From Acidobacteria bacterium RIFCSPLOWO2_02_FULL_67_21 (GTDB lineage: Bacteria; Acidobacteriota; Vicinamibacteria; Vicinamibacterales; UBA2999), in NCBI GenBank assembly GCA_001767195.1, contig MEKU01000019.1, positions 64,088 through 128,087 on the forward strand: 64,000 nt of DNA, given 5' to 3'. The notes under the pieces were generated by a model. That model worked only from the letters and a program-made list of their open reading frames with translations. It was not told where the DNA came from and did no database searches. A program made the translations under genes and the position numbers. Positions 41,444-53,131 of the stretch are shown piece by piece (the stretch's first letter is position 1; each line of letters opens with the position of its first letter).

Positions 41444-42022
41444 CTACGGCAACACTTCGACCCGTGCGGTGCCATCGGTTCCGTACACGAGACGGCGATC
41501 AGGCGTTCCGCGGTTCACGGTATCAAACGCGACCGACACGAGCCGACGGTCTTTGTAAGCCTCCCATTTGTCAATCCGACCGTCCCCGTTCGTGTCTTCG
41601 TCGGCGCGTGCGATGACGCCCTGCTCGTAGTACTCGACGCGGTCGATCGTCCCGTCGCGCCTGCTGGACAGCTCCCGGCGAATAATCACGCCGTCAGACC
41701 CGTAGTACGCCCACTCATCCTCGGTTCCATCATTGAGGCGCGAGCCCCCGACCTTGTCAAGCTCCTGATCCTCGTCGTAGTACTCCCACCGATCGATCCT
41801 ACTGTCGCGATCGCGATCGATTTCAATCCGCACGATCCGCGAGCCGTCCATATAGCTCCACGTATCGAACTGGCCGTCGGAATCGGCGTCGTACTTGAGC
41901 AGCTGCAGGCGACCGGTTTCGGCGTCGTACACTGGCTCTATGCGGCCGGATGGTTCGCTCCCGCGGCAGGCGGGCGCCGCAAGGGCCGGTATCAGCAGGA
42001 GGGGCAGGAATCGGCCAGGCAC
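41444..42022 (-). CDS. Lipoprotein with repeated DxDxDG..D.W.YY modules
   Basis: Lipobox-like LAAPAC, then four or five repeats such as YDADSDGQFDTWSY, DRDRDSRIDRWEYY, SRRDGTIDRVEYY and DTNGDGRIDKWEAY. Confidence 0.7.
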   Translation of the reverse strand: MPGRFLPLLLIPALAAPACRGSEPSGRIEPVYDAETGRLQLLKYDADSDGQFDTWSYMDGSRIVRIEIDRDRDSRIDRWEYYDEDQELDKVGGSRLNDGTEDEWAYYGSDGVIIRRELSSRRDGTIDRVEYYEQGVIARADEDTNGDGRIDKWEAYKDRRLVSVAFDTVNRGTPDRRLVYGTDGTARVEVLP

Positions 42023-42263
42023 AGCTTCGCCCTCTCAGTCACAGGTTGGAGCGTCGGGACCGTCCACCGGGCATGGTCCGGCTGCAACCGAAAGTCACTC
42101 GTACAGCAAGAGATAGAGGCTACTTTGCCATTGTACCTATCGGTACGAACGGATTCCACGTACAGTCCCACAGTGCGCCAAAGAATACGCGCGCCAAGTG
42201 GAACAGGCTTGGAGCGGGCGAGCCGCAGAGGGAAGGAGGAGCTCGGGGTGAGAAAAATGCCGG

Positions 42264-42530
42264 CTACGACTTGGGCCGCATCCAGGACGGTTCCGACGAG
42301 GCTTTGGCCGCTTCTGCCGCAACCGGCGGCGGCGTCATTTCCGGTGCGCTGGCGCGGCGGCCGGCCCCTGCCCCGGAGCGGCCCGCGTTGATGGCGGACA
42401 GCGACTCCGCCATCGTGGCGATGGCCGTCACTTCGCGATAGGCCTTCCCCTTCAGCGCGTCTGAAATCAGCGAGTGCAACGACGCTTCCGCCCGGTCGAG
42501 AACCTCCGCCGCACTGTCGATAAAAGACAT
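42264..42530 (-). CDS. Hypothetical helical protein
   Basis: 88-aa ORF with GC-rich third positions, directly downstream of wzc. No motif recognised. Confidence 0.45.
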   Translation of the reverse strand: MSFIDSAAEVLDRAEASLHSLISDALKGKAYREVTAIATMAESLSAINAGRSGAGAGRRASAPEMTPPPVAAEAAKASSEPSWMRPKS

Positions 42531-42539
42531 ATCAAGAAG

Positions 42540-42567
42540 CCTATAACGGCTGAGTCGCTACCGTCAA
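42540..42567 (-). promoter_or_regulatory. Candidate promoter giving a (near-)leaderless transcript for 42264..42530
   Basis: Minus strand TTGACG, 16-nt spacer, TATAGG, then only 9 nt to the ATG with no SD. Confidence 0.3.
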
Positions 42568-42623
42568 GCCGCCTAGCCGTGGATTCACTATAGCTTTACG
42601 GGGCGTGTCGTGCCGGTGAACGG

Positions 42624-45164
42624 CTAGAGGTGCCGTTCGATGCGGAAGTTCTGAGCGGATCTGACGCCAGACTGGACGCTTCTGAACACGCTGGCAAGCG
42701 TGCGGCGGGTAAACGAGGTGCCTGCCGACGCGGCAACGCGCGCCGCCCTCGCGCCCGCGCCGGCGCCGCCGAGGATTGACGCCGCAGCGGGACGGGCCAC
42801 GACGGGCTCGGCGACCGTGCCGCCGCCACCCCCGCCACCGGGCGGGCCGTAGTAGCCGCCGTAGTCGGGCCGATAGTAGCGCGAGTAGTAGTACGCGTTG
42901 TGCTCGAGATCGACGCGGTTGAGGACGGCGCCGACGAACTTCGCCTGGCCGAGCTCGAGCTGCTCGACGGCGCGCTGCGCGACGCGTCGGCTGACCATCT
43001 CGGCCCCGACGACAAACAGCACGCCGTGGGCGAAGTTGGCCGCGATCGTCGCGTCGGTGACGACCATTACCGGCGGCGTGTCGACGATGATCCAATCGAA
43101 GTGCTGCAGCAGGAACGCGGTGAAGTCCCGGAAGCGCCGGGATCCAATCAGCTCCGCTGGATTCGGCGGATGGGTTCCGGCCGGCATCAGCCAGAGCCCG
43201 GGGATCTCCGACTCGAAGATCGATTCGGACGCGGTGGCATTGCCCACCAGCAGGTTCGACAACCCTGGATCGACGCGCCGGGAGAAAATCTCATGCACCC
43301 GCGGCTTCCGCATATCGGCGTCGAGGAGCAGGACCCGGTGTCCGGCCTCCGCCAGCGCGATCGACAGGTTCGTCGAGACGACGGTCTTCCCCTCGCCGGG
43401 CGCGGAGCTCGTGACCGCGATCATCCGCCCGCCCTCGTCGGTCGATGAGAACAGCACGTTGGTGCGGATCGAGCGGAAGCACTCCGAGAACACCCCCGGC
43501 ACGCCCTCGCTGATGAGCGGAGGCGAGGCGCGGTTCCCGGACAGGGCGGGGATCATGCCGAGGAAGGGCAGCCCCAGGAGCTTCTTCAGCTCGTCCGGGT
43601 TCTTGATGCGGTCGTCGGCGTACTCCAGCGTGAACGCGAGCCCGACCGCCAACACCATGCCGCCGAACAGCGCCAGCAGCAGGTTGTTGATGATGTTGGG
43701 CGAGACCGGGCCGGTGGGCATTTCCGCCGGATCGACGACTCGGATATTGCCCGTCCGGAGCTCCTCGGTGACGCCGGTTTCCTGCGTGCGCTTCAGCAGC
43801 GCCTCGAACATCTGGCGGTTCGCCGTCGCGTCGCGTTCCAGAGCCCCGTACTCGATTCCCGCGCGGTTCAGGCTCTGCGCCTCGATCTTCTGCTGGTTCA
43901 ACGAGGCCGACAGGGATCGCTCTTCTGCGAGCGCCGCCTCGTACTCGCTCCGTATGGCCTGCGCGATCTGGGCGATCTCGTTCTGCAGCCGCGTCTCGGC
44001 GCCCCTGAGAGCCACATTGATCTTCACCATCTCGGGATGGTTCGGCCCGAGCTTCTCCGACATCTGCGCGCGCTGACGCTGCAGATCGGCAAGCGCGGCC
44101 TTCTGCTGCTGCACGAACGTGTTGGAGAGAATCGCCGGCACCGTGTCCATGGCAGCCGGGTCTTCCAGGACGGTCCGTACCTGGTTGTACACCGCCTCCT
44201 TCTGGATTCGTGCCGTGTTGGCCCTGGTGACGGCCGCGTTCAGCTCCTGGAGCTTCTGCACGACGATGTTCTGGCGCTCTTCCAGGGAGACGGAATCGGT
44301 GCGCTCCCGGTACTCCTGCAGCGCGCGTTCGCTCGCCTCGACCTTCTTCCGCTGCTCGGCGAGCTGCTGCGTCAGAAAGTCCGACGCCTCTCTCGTGGTC
44401 GTGGTCCGAAATTCCAGGCTCTGCTCGATGTACTGCTTGGAGTGCTCGTTGGCGACCTTCGCCGCAAGCCCCGGATCGGCGGATCGGAAACTGACATCCA
44501 CCAGTCGGCTGTACCGGACCGCCGAGACGCCGAGGTTGGCGAGAAACCGATTGATGACGACGGTCTGCGTCCTGGTTTCCGCGGCGTCGGCCGCCTGAGG
44601 CGGTCGCGCCGGCTCAAACCAGCTCGCAAGCTTGCCGACGGGCCAGAACAAGATACCGCGGATCGTCAGCCGCGGCGGCTGATTGAGCGACGGATGCCTC
44701 CAGAGATCGAGCGCGTCGATGGTGCGGCGCGCCAGCCCCCGGCCCTGCAGGATCCGATACTGCGTCTCGTAGTAGTCATCCGCTCCGTCCGACTGCTCGA
44801 ACACCTGCTGAAACGAGAGGACATTCGGATCGTCCCGCTCGATCAGGATCCGGACGCTCCCTTCGTACACGCGGGTGGCAGTGAAGGTGAAGAGGGCGAC
44901 CGTGACGACAGTAGCGAGGAATACCGTAATCGCGGCATACCGACGGCGATAGAGGATCTGAAGGTAGTGAACAAGCGTCAGCTCGGAGTCGCTGGTGACG
45001 CTGGTACCGTACCCGTACCCCGAATAGCCGCCATAGCTTCCGGAGCCGTACCCCGACCCACCGGAGCCGTTGGACGGCACCGCATTGAAGACGGGCGATT
45101 CAGAGCCGGACCCCTGACTCGCCGGAGCCTTCTGACTGAACTCCGGGGGAATCTGGGTGCTCAT
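42624..45164 (-). CDS. wzc: Polysaccharide co-polymerase / BY-tyrosine autokinase (Wzc/GumC-type fusion)
   Basis: A Wzz-like domain with coiled coil lies between two TM helices. Kinase motifs: Walker A SSAPGEGKT, A' LLLDADMRKP, B IIVDTPP. Tyr cluster YYYSRYYRPDYGGYYG. ATG 45164 (MSTQIPPEF) is preferred. Confidence 0.9.
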   Translation of the reverse strand: MSTQIPPEFSQKAPASQGSGSESPVFNAVPSNGSGGSGYGSGSYGGYSGYGYGTSVTSDSELTLVHYLQILYRRRYAAITVFLATVVTVALFTFTATRVYEGSVRILIERDDPNVLSFQQVFEQSDGADDYYETQYRILQGRGLARRTIDALDLWRHPSLNQPPRLTIRGILFWPVGKLASWFEPARPPQAADAAETRTQTVVINRFLANLGVSAVRYSRLVDVSFRSADPGLAAKVANEHSKQYIEQSLEFRTTTTREASDFLTQQLAEQRKKVEASERALQEYRERTDSVSLEERQNIVVQKLQELNAAVTRANTARIQKEAVYNQVRTVLEDPAAMDTVPAILSNTFVQQQKAALADLQRQRAQMSEKLGPNHPEMVKINVALRGAETRLQNEIAQIAQAIRSEYEAALAEERSLSASLNQQKIEAQSLNRAGIEYGALERDATANRQMFEALLKRTQETGVTEELRTGNIRVVDPAEMPTGPVSPNIINNLLLALFGGMVLAVGLAFTLEYADDRIKNPDELKKLLGLPFLGMIPALSGNRASPPLISEGVPGVFSECFRSIRTNVLFSSTDEGGRMIAVTSSAPGEGKTVVSTNLSIALAEAGHRVLLLDADMRKPRVHEIFSRRVDPGLSNLLVGNATASESIFESEIPGLWLMPAGTHPPNPAELIGSRRFRDFTAFLLQHFDWIIVDTPPVMVVTDATIAANFAHGVLFVVGAEMVSRRVAQRAVEQLELGQAKFVGAVLNRVDLEHNAYYYSRYYRPDYGGYYGPPGGGGGGGTVAEPVVARPAAASILGGAGAGARAARVAASAGTSFTRRTLASVFRSVQSGVRSAQNFRIERHL

Positions 45165-45424
45165 CCGCTGACGTCCAGTTCCACGATCATGTCCCACGCG
45201 AGCCACACGTATGGCGACACAAATCCACCATGCGGACGGCCGCGTCCATCCCGCGCCATAGTGTCACGTCGTGACTCGGCAAAAAGCGTCACAGGAATTG
45301 TAACCCCGGCGCACTGAAAACCCATACCGTCCAGACCCTACCCCTGCCGTTATGCGCACTTACGGCCGCACGCGGGCGGGACGGACCCGGGAAAGTGAGA
45401 AAACAGGCCGTATTCAGCCCGGAC

Positions 45425-45856
45425 TCACTTGACGCCCAGCAGCTCGACGTCGAATACCAACGCGGCGTTGGGAGGGATGACGCCTCCCGCGCCACGCGCT
45501 CCGTAGCCCTTCTCGGGGGGGATTGTCAGCGTGCGCCGGCCGCCGACCTTCATTCCCGCGACCCCCTCGTCCCACCCAGGGATGACTTCACTCGCGCCCA
45601 GATTGAAGGAAAACGGCTCGTTGCGATCGACCGAGCTGTCGAATTTCGAACCTTTCCGATCGGCGCGTGACTCGTCGTACAGCCAGCCCGTGTAGTGCAC
45701 GGTCACGACGCGTCCCGGCTGCGCCTCAGCGCCAGTGCCGACGCGGGCGTCTTGCGTGATGAGCTCGGTCACGGTATTCCTTTCGGGGCTGCCGCAGGCC
45801 GCCGTCAATACCAGGATGAGGATCAGCCACGCCGCATTGTTTCGCATCGGCGTCAT
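45425..45856 (-). CDS. FKBP-type peptidyl-prolyl cis-trans isomerase, lipoprotein
   Basis: These are the last 143 codons of track ORF 45425..47296. Lipobox LTAAC, then [49 protein letters not shown]. Confidence 0.85.
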   Translation of the reverse strand: MTPMRNNAAWLILILVLTAACGSPERNTVTELITQDARVGTGAEAQPGRVVTVHYTGWLYDESRADRKGSKFDSSVDRNEPFSFNLGASEVIPGWDEGVAGMKVGGRRTLTIPPEKGYGARGAGGVIPPNAALVFDVELLGVK

Positions 45857-45868
45857 GATAAGTGGCGG

Positions 45869-46912
45869 ATGCTGACCTCCCGCGTGCCGCTGCAGGGCCT
45901 GGCCGCCGCCGCGGCTGCCGTCGTCGCGGGCATCGGTCTGTTCGAGCTCGCGGCGCGGATCGGTCTCGGTCCGCCGGCCGTTCACCTGCTGACCCGTCCC
46001 GCGCGCGACGTGCAAACCGACTTCGACATCACCTATGCGGTCGATCGGAACGGCCGGCGGCGCGGCTGTCCTCCTCCCGCGGCGCCCGGCCGCAGGGTCG
46101 CCATCATCGGTGACTCGTTCGCCTTCGGCGCGGGAGTCGGCGATCTGGAGCATTTCGCGGCCCGGCTCGGCTGTGCCATGCCGGGGGCAGAGATCCTGAA
46201 CTTCGGGTCGATCGGCCACGATTTTCTCTACTACGAGATCGCGCTGCGATCGCTCGTCCCTGGAGATACTGACGACCTGATCCTGCTGCTCTACGACAAC
46301 GATCTGCCGCCCGCCGACTGGGAGCGTGGATGGTCGCGGATGAAGCGGACGCTGTACCGCACGTCGCACGCCGTGGTGGTGCTGCGCGCGGCGTGGCAGG
46401 CGTTCGTTCGGCGGCTGCGCCGCGCCGAGATTGAATCCATCGTGGTGGACGGGCGCCCGAACAACGTCAAGGTCGTCGCGTTGACCAACCCGGGGCACTT
46501 CGACTCGATCGCCCATCCGCCGCCGGATCGGCTCGCGCTGTTCGATCGCGCGCTGGATCGCTTCGTCGACCGGGCGCGCCGCGTGGCGCCGCGCGCGCGC
46601 ATCTTCGTCGCCGTCGTCCCCGATGCCTCGACGCTCTCGCGGCGGCACCGGGCCTTCTTCGCGTCGCTGGCCGATGTGCCGCTGCCGCCGTTCGGCGCGC
46701 CGTCGCCCTTCTACCTGCGGGCCCGGGCCGCATGCGCGGCCCTGGCCGGCTGCTCGTTCATCGAACTCTACGAGGCGCTGTCGCACGAGGGCGAGTCGTT
46801 GTACTTCCCGCACGATCTCCACTGGAACCCGCGCGGCCACGCGGTCGTGGCCGGCGTGGTCCGGGCCGCGCTGGACGGTGTGGAGCGCCCCCATTCGACC
46901 GCCCGCGACTGA
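45869..46912 (+). CDS. SGNH/GDSL-family hydrolase or acyltransferase-like protein
   Basis: ATG 45869 (MLTSRV..) is followed by a TM/signal segment. Block I is IIGDSFAFG and block V is [10 protein letters not shown]. Confidence 0.7.
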   Translation: MLTSRVPLQGLAAAAAAVVAGIGLFELAARIGLGPPAVHLLTRPARDVQTDFDITYAVDRNGRRRGCPPPAAPGRRVAIIGDSFAFGAGVGDLEHFAARLGCAMPGAEILNFGSIGHDFLYYEIALRSLVPGDTDDLILLLYDNDLPPADWERGWSRMKRTLYRTSHAVVVLRAAWQAFVRRLRRAEIESIVVDGRPNNVKVVALTNPGHFDSIAHPPPDRLALFDRALDRFVDRARRVAPRARIFVAVVPDASTLSRRHRAFFASLADVPLPPFGAPSPFYLRARAACAALAGCSFIELYEALSHEGESLYFPHDLHWNPRGHAVVAGVVRAALDGVERPHSTARD

Positions 46913-46934
46913 GCATCGCCCAAAGGAGGTTCCC

Positions 46935-48728
46935 GTGTCCCTGCGCCGTGGTGTCATCCTCGTACTCACTCTTATCGGCCTGACCGTGCTTCTGGCTGTA
47001 GCCAGCCTGCTGGTGCTGTATATGGCGGCCGCGCGGGGCCCCTCGATCCCCGACGGGGCCGTCCTGGTGCTGCGGCCCGGGGGCGGGCTCCCCGACGTGC
47101 GGCCCGACGACCTCGTCGGGCAGGTGCTTGGGCGCGAGCAGACGACGCTGCGCGGACTCGTGGAGAGCCTCCGGAAGGCGGCCCGCGATCCCCGGATCGA
47201 GGCGGTCATCCTGCGCCCATCCAGCTTCGACGCGCCGTTCTGGGGCAAGCTGCAGGAGCTGCGCGGTGCGATCGCCGACTTCAGGAGATCGGGCAAGCCC
47301 GTGATCGCCCACCTCGAGTACGGCGGCGATCGCGAGTACTACCTGGCCAGCGCCGCCGATCGCGTGTTCCTGCTCCCGACCAGCGCGATCGATCTCACCG
47401 GCATCGCCTCGTACGAGGTCTTCCTCCGGGGCACGCTCGACAAGCTCGGCGCCTATCCCGACTTCCTGCAGATCGGCCCGTACAAGACGGCCGCCAACCA
47501 GCTCACCCAGCGCGGCTTCACCGAGGCCCATCGCGAGATGAGCGAGGCGCTCAACCGCGATCTGTACGAACAGCTCGTCCTGGGCATCGCCGAGGGGCGA
47601 CGCAAGACGCCCGGGGAGGTCCGCACGCTGCTCGATGACGGGCCGTTCGTGTCGGAGGCCGCCGCGCGTACCGGGCTGGTCGACGGTCTGGCGTACTTCG
47701 ACCAGCTCGACGATCTCGTCGCGGATCTCGCGGCAGGGCCCGGAGCCCTGCCGCTGGTCGAGGGCGCCGACTACGAGCGTGTCAGCGCGCGATCGGCGGG
47801 CCTTCGTCCGCAGTCGCGCATCGCGGTGCTGCACGCGTCCGGCGTCATCACGAGCGGTGGGAGCACTTACGACGCCGTGAACGGCCCGACCGTCGGGTCC
47901 GACACGTTTGTCGAGCAGGTCCGCCGCCTGCGGGACGACGAGTCGATCGAGGCGATCGTGCTGCGCGTGGACAGCCCGGGCGGATCGTCGATCGCGTCGG
48001 ACGTCATCTGGCGCGAGCTGACGATCACGCGCGACGGCAACCCGTCGCGCCCGCTCGTGGCGTCGATGGCGGACGTGGCCGCCTCCGGCGGGTACTACAT
48101 CGCCATGCCGGCCCACGTCATCGTGGCGGAGCCTGGCACGCTGACCGGCTCAATCGGCATCTACGGGGGGAAGGTCGCGATCGGCGGCGCGATGGAGAAG
48201 ATCGGTGTCACGACCGAGACGATCGCATCGGGCCGCAACGCGGCGATTGGCTCGCCCTTCGAGCCGTTTTCTCCGGAGCAGCGCGAACGGCTCATGGTGT
48301 ACATGACGAGCTTCTACGACAGCTTCGTCGAGAAGGCGGCGCAGTCCCGGCGGACAACCGCCGAGCGCATCGACGCCGTGGCGCAGGGGCGGGTCTGGAC
48401 CGGCCGGCAGGCGCAGCAGCGCGGCCTGGTCGACGTCCTCGGGGGGCTCGATGCCGCGGTCGCGATTGCGAAGGAGCGAGCCGGGATTCCGGCCGACGAG
48501 GATGTCGAGCTTGTGATGTATCCGCCGCGGCGCTCGCTGTACGAGGCCATCGCCGCCGCCGTCGGCGGCGCGTCGTGGGGGCCGGGAGCGGCTGTGGATC
48601 TGGCAGGCACGGCGTCTGCGCTGCCCCTCACCGCCGACGACCTGCGCCGGGTGACCGGCGCGCTCGCGCCGGTCCGCCTGTTTCGGCGCGGCGAGCCGCT
48701 GGCGCTGATGCCGGGGTGGGTCCGGTAG
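46935..48728 (+). CDS. sppA: Signal peptide peptidase SppA (67K type, two S49 domains)
   Basis: GTG 46935 lies 5 nt after an AAAGGAGG SD. N-terminal TM, then [15 protein letters not shown] and [13 protein letters not shown]. The first domain lacks the nucleophile, as is usual for this type. Confidence 0.9.
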   Translation: MSLRRGVILVLTLIGLTVLLAVASLLVLYMAAARGPSIPDGAVLVLRPGGGLPDVRPDDLVGQVLGREQTTLRGLVESLRKAARDPRIEAVILRPSSFDAPFWGKLQELRGAIADFRRSGKPVIAHLEYGGDREYYLASAADRVFLLPTSAIDLTGIASYEVFLRGTLDKLGAYPDFLQIGPYKTAANQLTQRGFTEAHREMSEALNRDLYEQLVLGIAEGRRKTPGEVRTLLDDGPFVSEAAARTGLVDGLAYFDQLDDLVADLAAGPGALPLVEGADYERVSARSAGLRPQSRIAVLHASGVITSGGSTYDAVNGPTVGSDTFVEQVRRLRDDESIEAIVLRVDSPGGSSIASDVIWRELTITRDGNPSRPLVASMADVAASGGYYIAMPAHVIVAEPGTLTGSIGIYGGKVAIGGAMEKIGVTTETIASGRNAAIGSPFEPFSPEQRERLMVYMTSFYDSFVEKAAQSRRTTAERIDAVAQGRVWTGRQAQQRGLVDVLGGLDAAVAIAKERAGIPADEDVELVMYPPRRSLYEAIAAAVGGASWGPGAAVDLAGTASALPLTADDLRRVTGALAPVRLFRRGEPLALMPGWVR

Positions 48729-48763
48729 GGCGGGCGAGCCGGGTCCGAAAGGACCCGGCCTAC
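48725..48763. terminator. Hairpin between convergent sppA and ppiD (REP-like, possible bidirectional terminator)
   Basis: GTAGG-gcgggcga-GCCGGGTCC-gaaa-GGACCCGGC-CTAC: a perfect 9-bp GC stem with a GAAA loop. No clear U-tract. Confidence 0.45.
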
Positions 48764-48765
48764 GG

Positions 48766-50706
48766 CTACACCCCCGTCGTCGCCGCCAGCAACCGCCGGA
48801 CGACGTCGTCGTTGACCTCGATGCGCATCCGTTCTTTCGCGTTGGCCATGTACGCGGTGAAGAAGCGGCCGCGGCGTTCGGTCACGAGCTGCTCGCGGAA
48901 CGCCTCCTTGCCCTGCCTGAGCTCGTCGGCGGTCACCTCATCGCGCTCCTCGACCCGCACGATGACGGTCGCATCGCTGGTGCCGATCGGCTCGCTCACC
49001 GCGCCCGCCGGCAGGCCGAAGGCGACTTTGTCCACCTCCGCATTCACCCCGATGTCGGGCAGTGGCGATCCGCGCGGGACGAGCTGCGTCTCTTTCGCCT
49101 CGAGGCCCTGGCTCTTGGCCGCGGCGGCGAAGTTGGCGGCGCCGCGCAGCGCGTCGGCGATCTTGGCTGCCTGCTGACGGCTCAGGTCGACGGCGCGCGC
49201 CCGAATCAGGTCCTCCCGCACGCGCTCCTTCACCCGATCGAGCGTCGGGACGTACGGCTCCCGGATGCCGGAAAGGGCGACGAACACCGGCCCTCGCGCC
49301 GACACGATCGGCCCGCGCACCTCGCCCTGCTTCAGCTGAAACGCGGTGGCGGCGATCTGCGGGGCAACGCCCAGGCCGGGCACCGGGTCGTCACGGCCGA
49401 ACTCCACCTCGGCAATCGTCAGCCCCGACTCCTTGGCGACGGCATCCAGATCCGACGGGTCGTCGATGCGGCCGGAGAGCTCCGCCGCGCGGGCGGTGAC
49501 CTGCTCGTCGGCGCGCTGCCGCTTCAACTGCTCCTCGATCTGGGCGCGCACCTCGTCGAGCGGCCTCGTCACGGCCGGCTTCTTGTCGGTGACCTTGATG
49601 ATGTGAAACCCGTACTGGGTGCGGACCAGGTCGCTCACCTGGCCGGTCTCGAGCGCGAAGGCCGCCGTCTCGAACTCGGGCACCATGCGGCCGCGCGCGA
49701 AGTAATCGAGGTCGCCGCCGGTGACCTTCGATCCCTCGTCTTCGGAGACCTTGCGCGCGAGCTCGGCGAAGTCGGCGCCCCCCTTGATCTGCTCGAGCAG
49801 CGCCTCCGCCTGCGTGCGGACCGCCGCTTCGTCCTTGCCCGCCGTGTTCAGCAGGATGTGGCTCGCGCGGATCTGCTCCGGCGTCTGAAACTGCGAGATG
49901 TTGCCGTCGTAGTACCGCTGCACGTCGGCCGCCGGCACCACGACGCGGCCCTGCACTTCATCGCGGCTGAGCAGCAGCATGCGCACCTTGCGCTGCTCGC
50001 CCACGCGGTAGTCGTTCGTGTGCGATTCGAAGTGCGCCGCCACGTCGGCGTCCGCGACGGTCACCTGGCCGCGATACGCCTCGGCGGTCAGCGCCACGAC
50101 CTGCAGCTTGACCTTCTCGTTGCGCTGCCGGAACTCGCGCTCGACTTCCTCGTCGCCGACGGTAATCCAGTCGGTGAGCGCGCCGCGCAGCTTGTCGATC
50201 CTCAGGCTGCGGCGCAGGTTCTCCTCGAAGGTGGCCTTGGTCAGCGGCGGCACCTGGCTGCGCAGCAGCAGCTCGTACCGCTGCTCGCCGATGAACCGGC
50301 CGTTCTCCTGCAGGCCGGGGATCGCGAAGATCTGCTGCGCGAGCTCCTCGTCGCTGACGCGGATGCCGAGGCGCTCGGCCTCGACGAGGGCCGCCTGCTC
50401 GTCGACCATCTGCTGCAGGATCTGCTGCTCGAGTCCCAGCTGGCGCAGGAGCTGATCGTTGATGCCGCTGCCGTACGCCGTCCGGTACGCCTGGATCTGG
50501 GCGTTGTACCGCTGGCGGAACTGGCCGGCGGTCACGGTGCGGCCCTCGACGTCGGCGACCACCTCGCCCGGCGCGGCGCCCACGCCGATCACGGTGGGGT
50601 CGTCCAGGAAGCTCGGGATGTAAAAGACGATGAACGCGAGCACGACCAGGGCGAGGCTCCACTTGAGCCACCCCTTGTGCCGGCGCATCCGGTCAAGCAT
50701 TGTCAT
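48766..50706 (-). CDS. ppiD: Periplasmic chaperone PpiD (SurA-N-like + parvulin domain)
   Basis: N-terminal anchor MLDRMRRHKGWLKWSLALVVLAFIV. Parvulin block IRASHILL..GGDLDYFARGRMVPEFETAAF..YGFHIIKV. Confidence 0.85.
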   Translation of the reverse strand: MTMLDRMRRHKGWLKWSLALVVLAFIVFYIPSFLDDPTVIGVGAAPGEVVADVEGRTVTAGQFRQRYNAQIQAYRTAYGSGINDQLLRQLGLEQQILQQMVDEQAALVEAERLGIRVSDEELAQQIFAIPGLQENGRFIGEQRYELLLRSQVPPLTKATFEENLRRSLRIDKLRGALTDWITVGDEEVEREFRQRNEKVKLQVVALTAEAYRGQVTVADADVAAHFESHTNDYRVGEQRKVRMLLLSRDEVQGRVVVPAADVQRYYDGNISQFQTPEQIRASHILLNTAGKDEAAVRTQAEALLEQIKGGADFAELARKVSEDEGSKVTGGDLDYFARGRMVPEFETAAFALETGQVSDLVRTQYGFHIIKVTDKKPAVTRPLDEVRAQIEEQLKRQRADEQVTARAAELSGRIDDPSDLDAVAKESGLTIAEVEFGRDDPVPGLGVAPQIAATAFQLKQGEVRGPIVSARGPVFVALSGIREPYVPTLDRVKERVREDLIRARAVDLSRQQAAKIADALRGAANFAAAAKSQGLEAKETQLVPRGSPLPDIGVNAEVDKVAFGLPAGAVSEPIGTSDATVIVRVEERDEVTADELRQGKEAFREQLVTERRGRFFTAYMANAKERMRIEVNDDVVRRLLAATTGV

Positions 50707-50729
50707 GGGCTGAATCCTATCGGGCTTTC

Positions 50730-50752
50730 GTAGGCGGGTCTGAAGACCCGCC
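50730..50752. repeat. REP-like hairpin in the ppiD / GGDEF divergent spacer
   Basis: GTAGGCGGGTC-tgaa-GACCCGCC: an 8-bp stem with the same GTAGG lead and GNRA-like loop style as the copies at 48725, 59496 and 38512. Confidence 0.4.
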
Positions 50753-50919
50753 TGGTGTGGGCTGTCGGCCCGCCCTGAAAACGTTCATCTTACAGGCGCA
50801 GGGGTTCAGAGTCCAAAGCCGACAGCCGTGGTAATATTCGATGCGTTTAGAAGGACTTAGCGGCATTTCACCGCAGGGTCTCATGTGCATGCCCTATTTC
50901 GTTCCCGCCCTGGCTCGCG

Positions 50920-53047
<2,128 letters not shown>

Positions 53048-53127
53048 ATTGACGGATTTACGAATTTACGAATTTACGAAATTGGTCCTGGCAAATTCGT
53101 CAATCCGTAAATCCGTCAATTCGTAAA
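53048..53127. repeat. AT-rich imperfect palindromic element, copy 1 (built from ATTGACG / ATTTACGA units)
   Basis: ATTGACGGATTTACGAATTTACGAATTTACGAAATTGG-tcctg-GCAAATTCGTCAATCCGTAAATCCGTCAATTCGTAAAT. It fills the mreB|mreC spacer, from 1 nt after the TGA to 4 nt before the ATG. Confidence 0.8.
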
Positions 53128-53131
53128 TGAC

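Noticed and set aside
45857-47296. Upstream 480 codons of the 623-aa minus-strand ORF 45425..47296
   Set aside because: Only the last 143 codons (the FKBP lipoprotein) look real. The remainder is R/P/G-rich and antisense to the SGNH and sppA genes, which have clear motifs and a strong SD.
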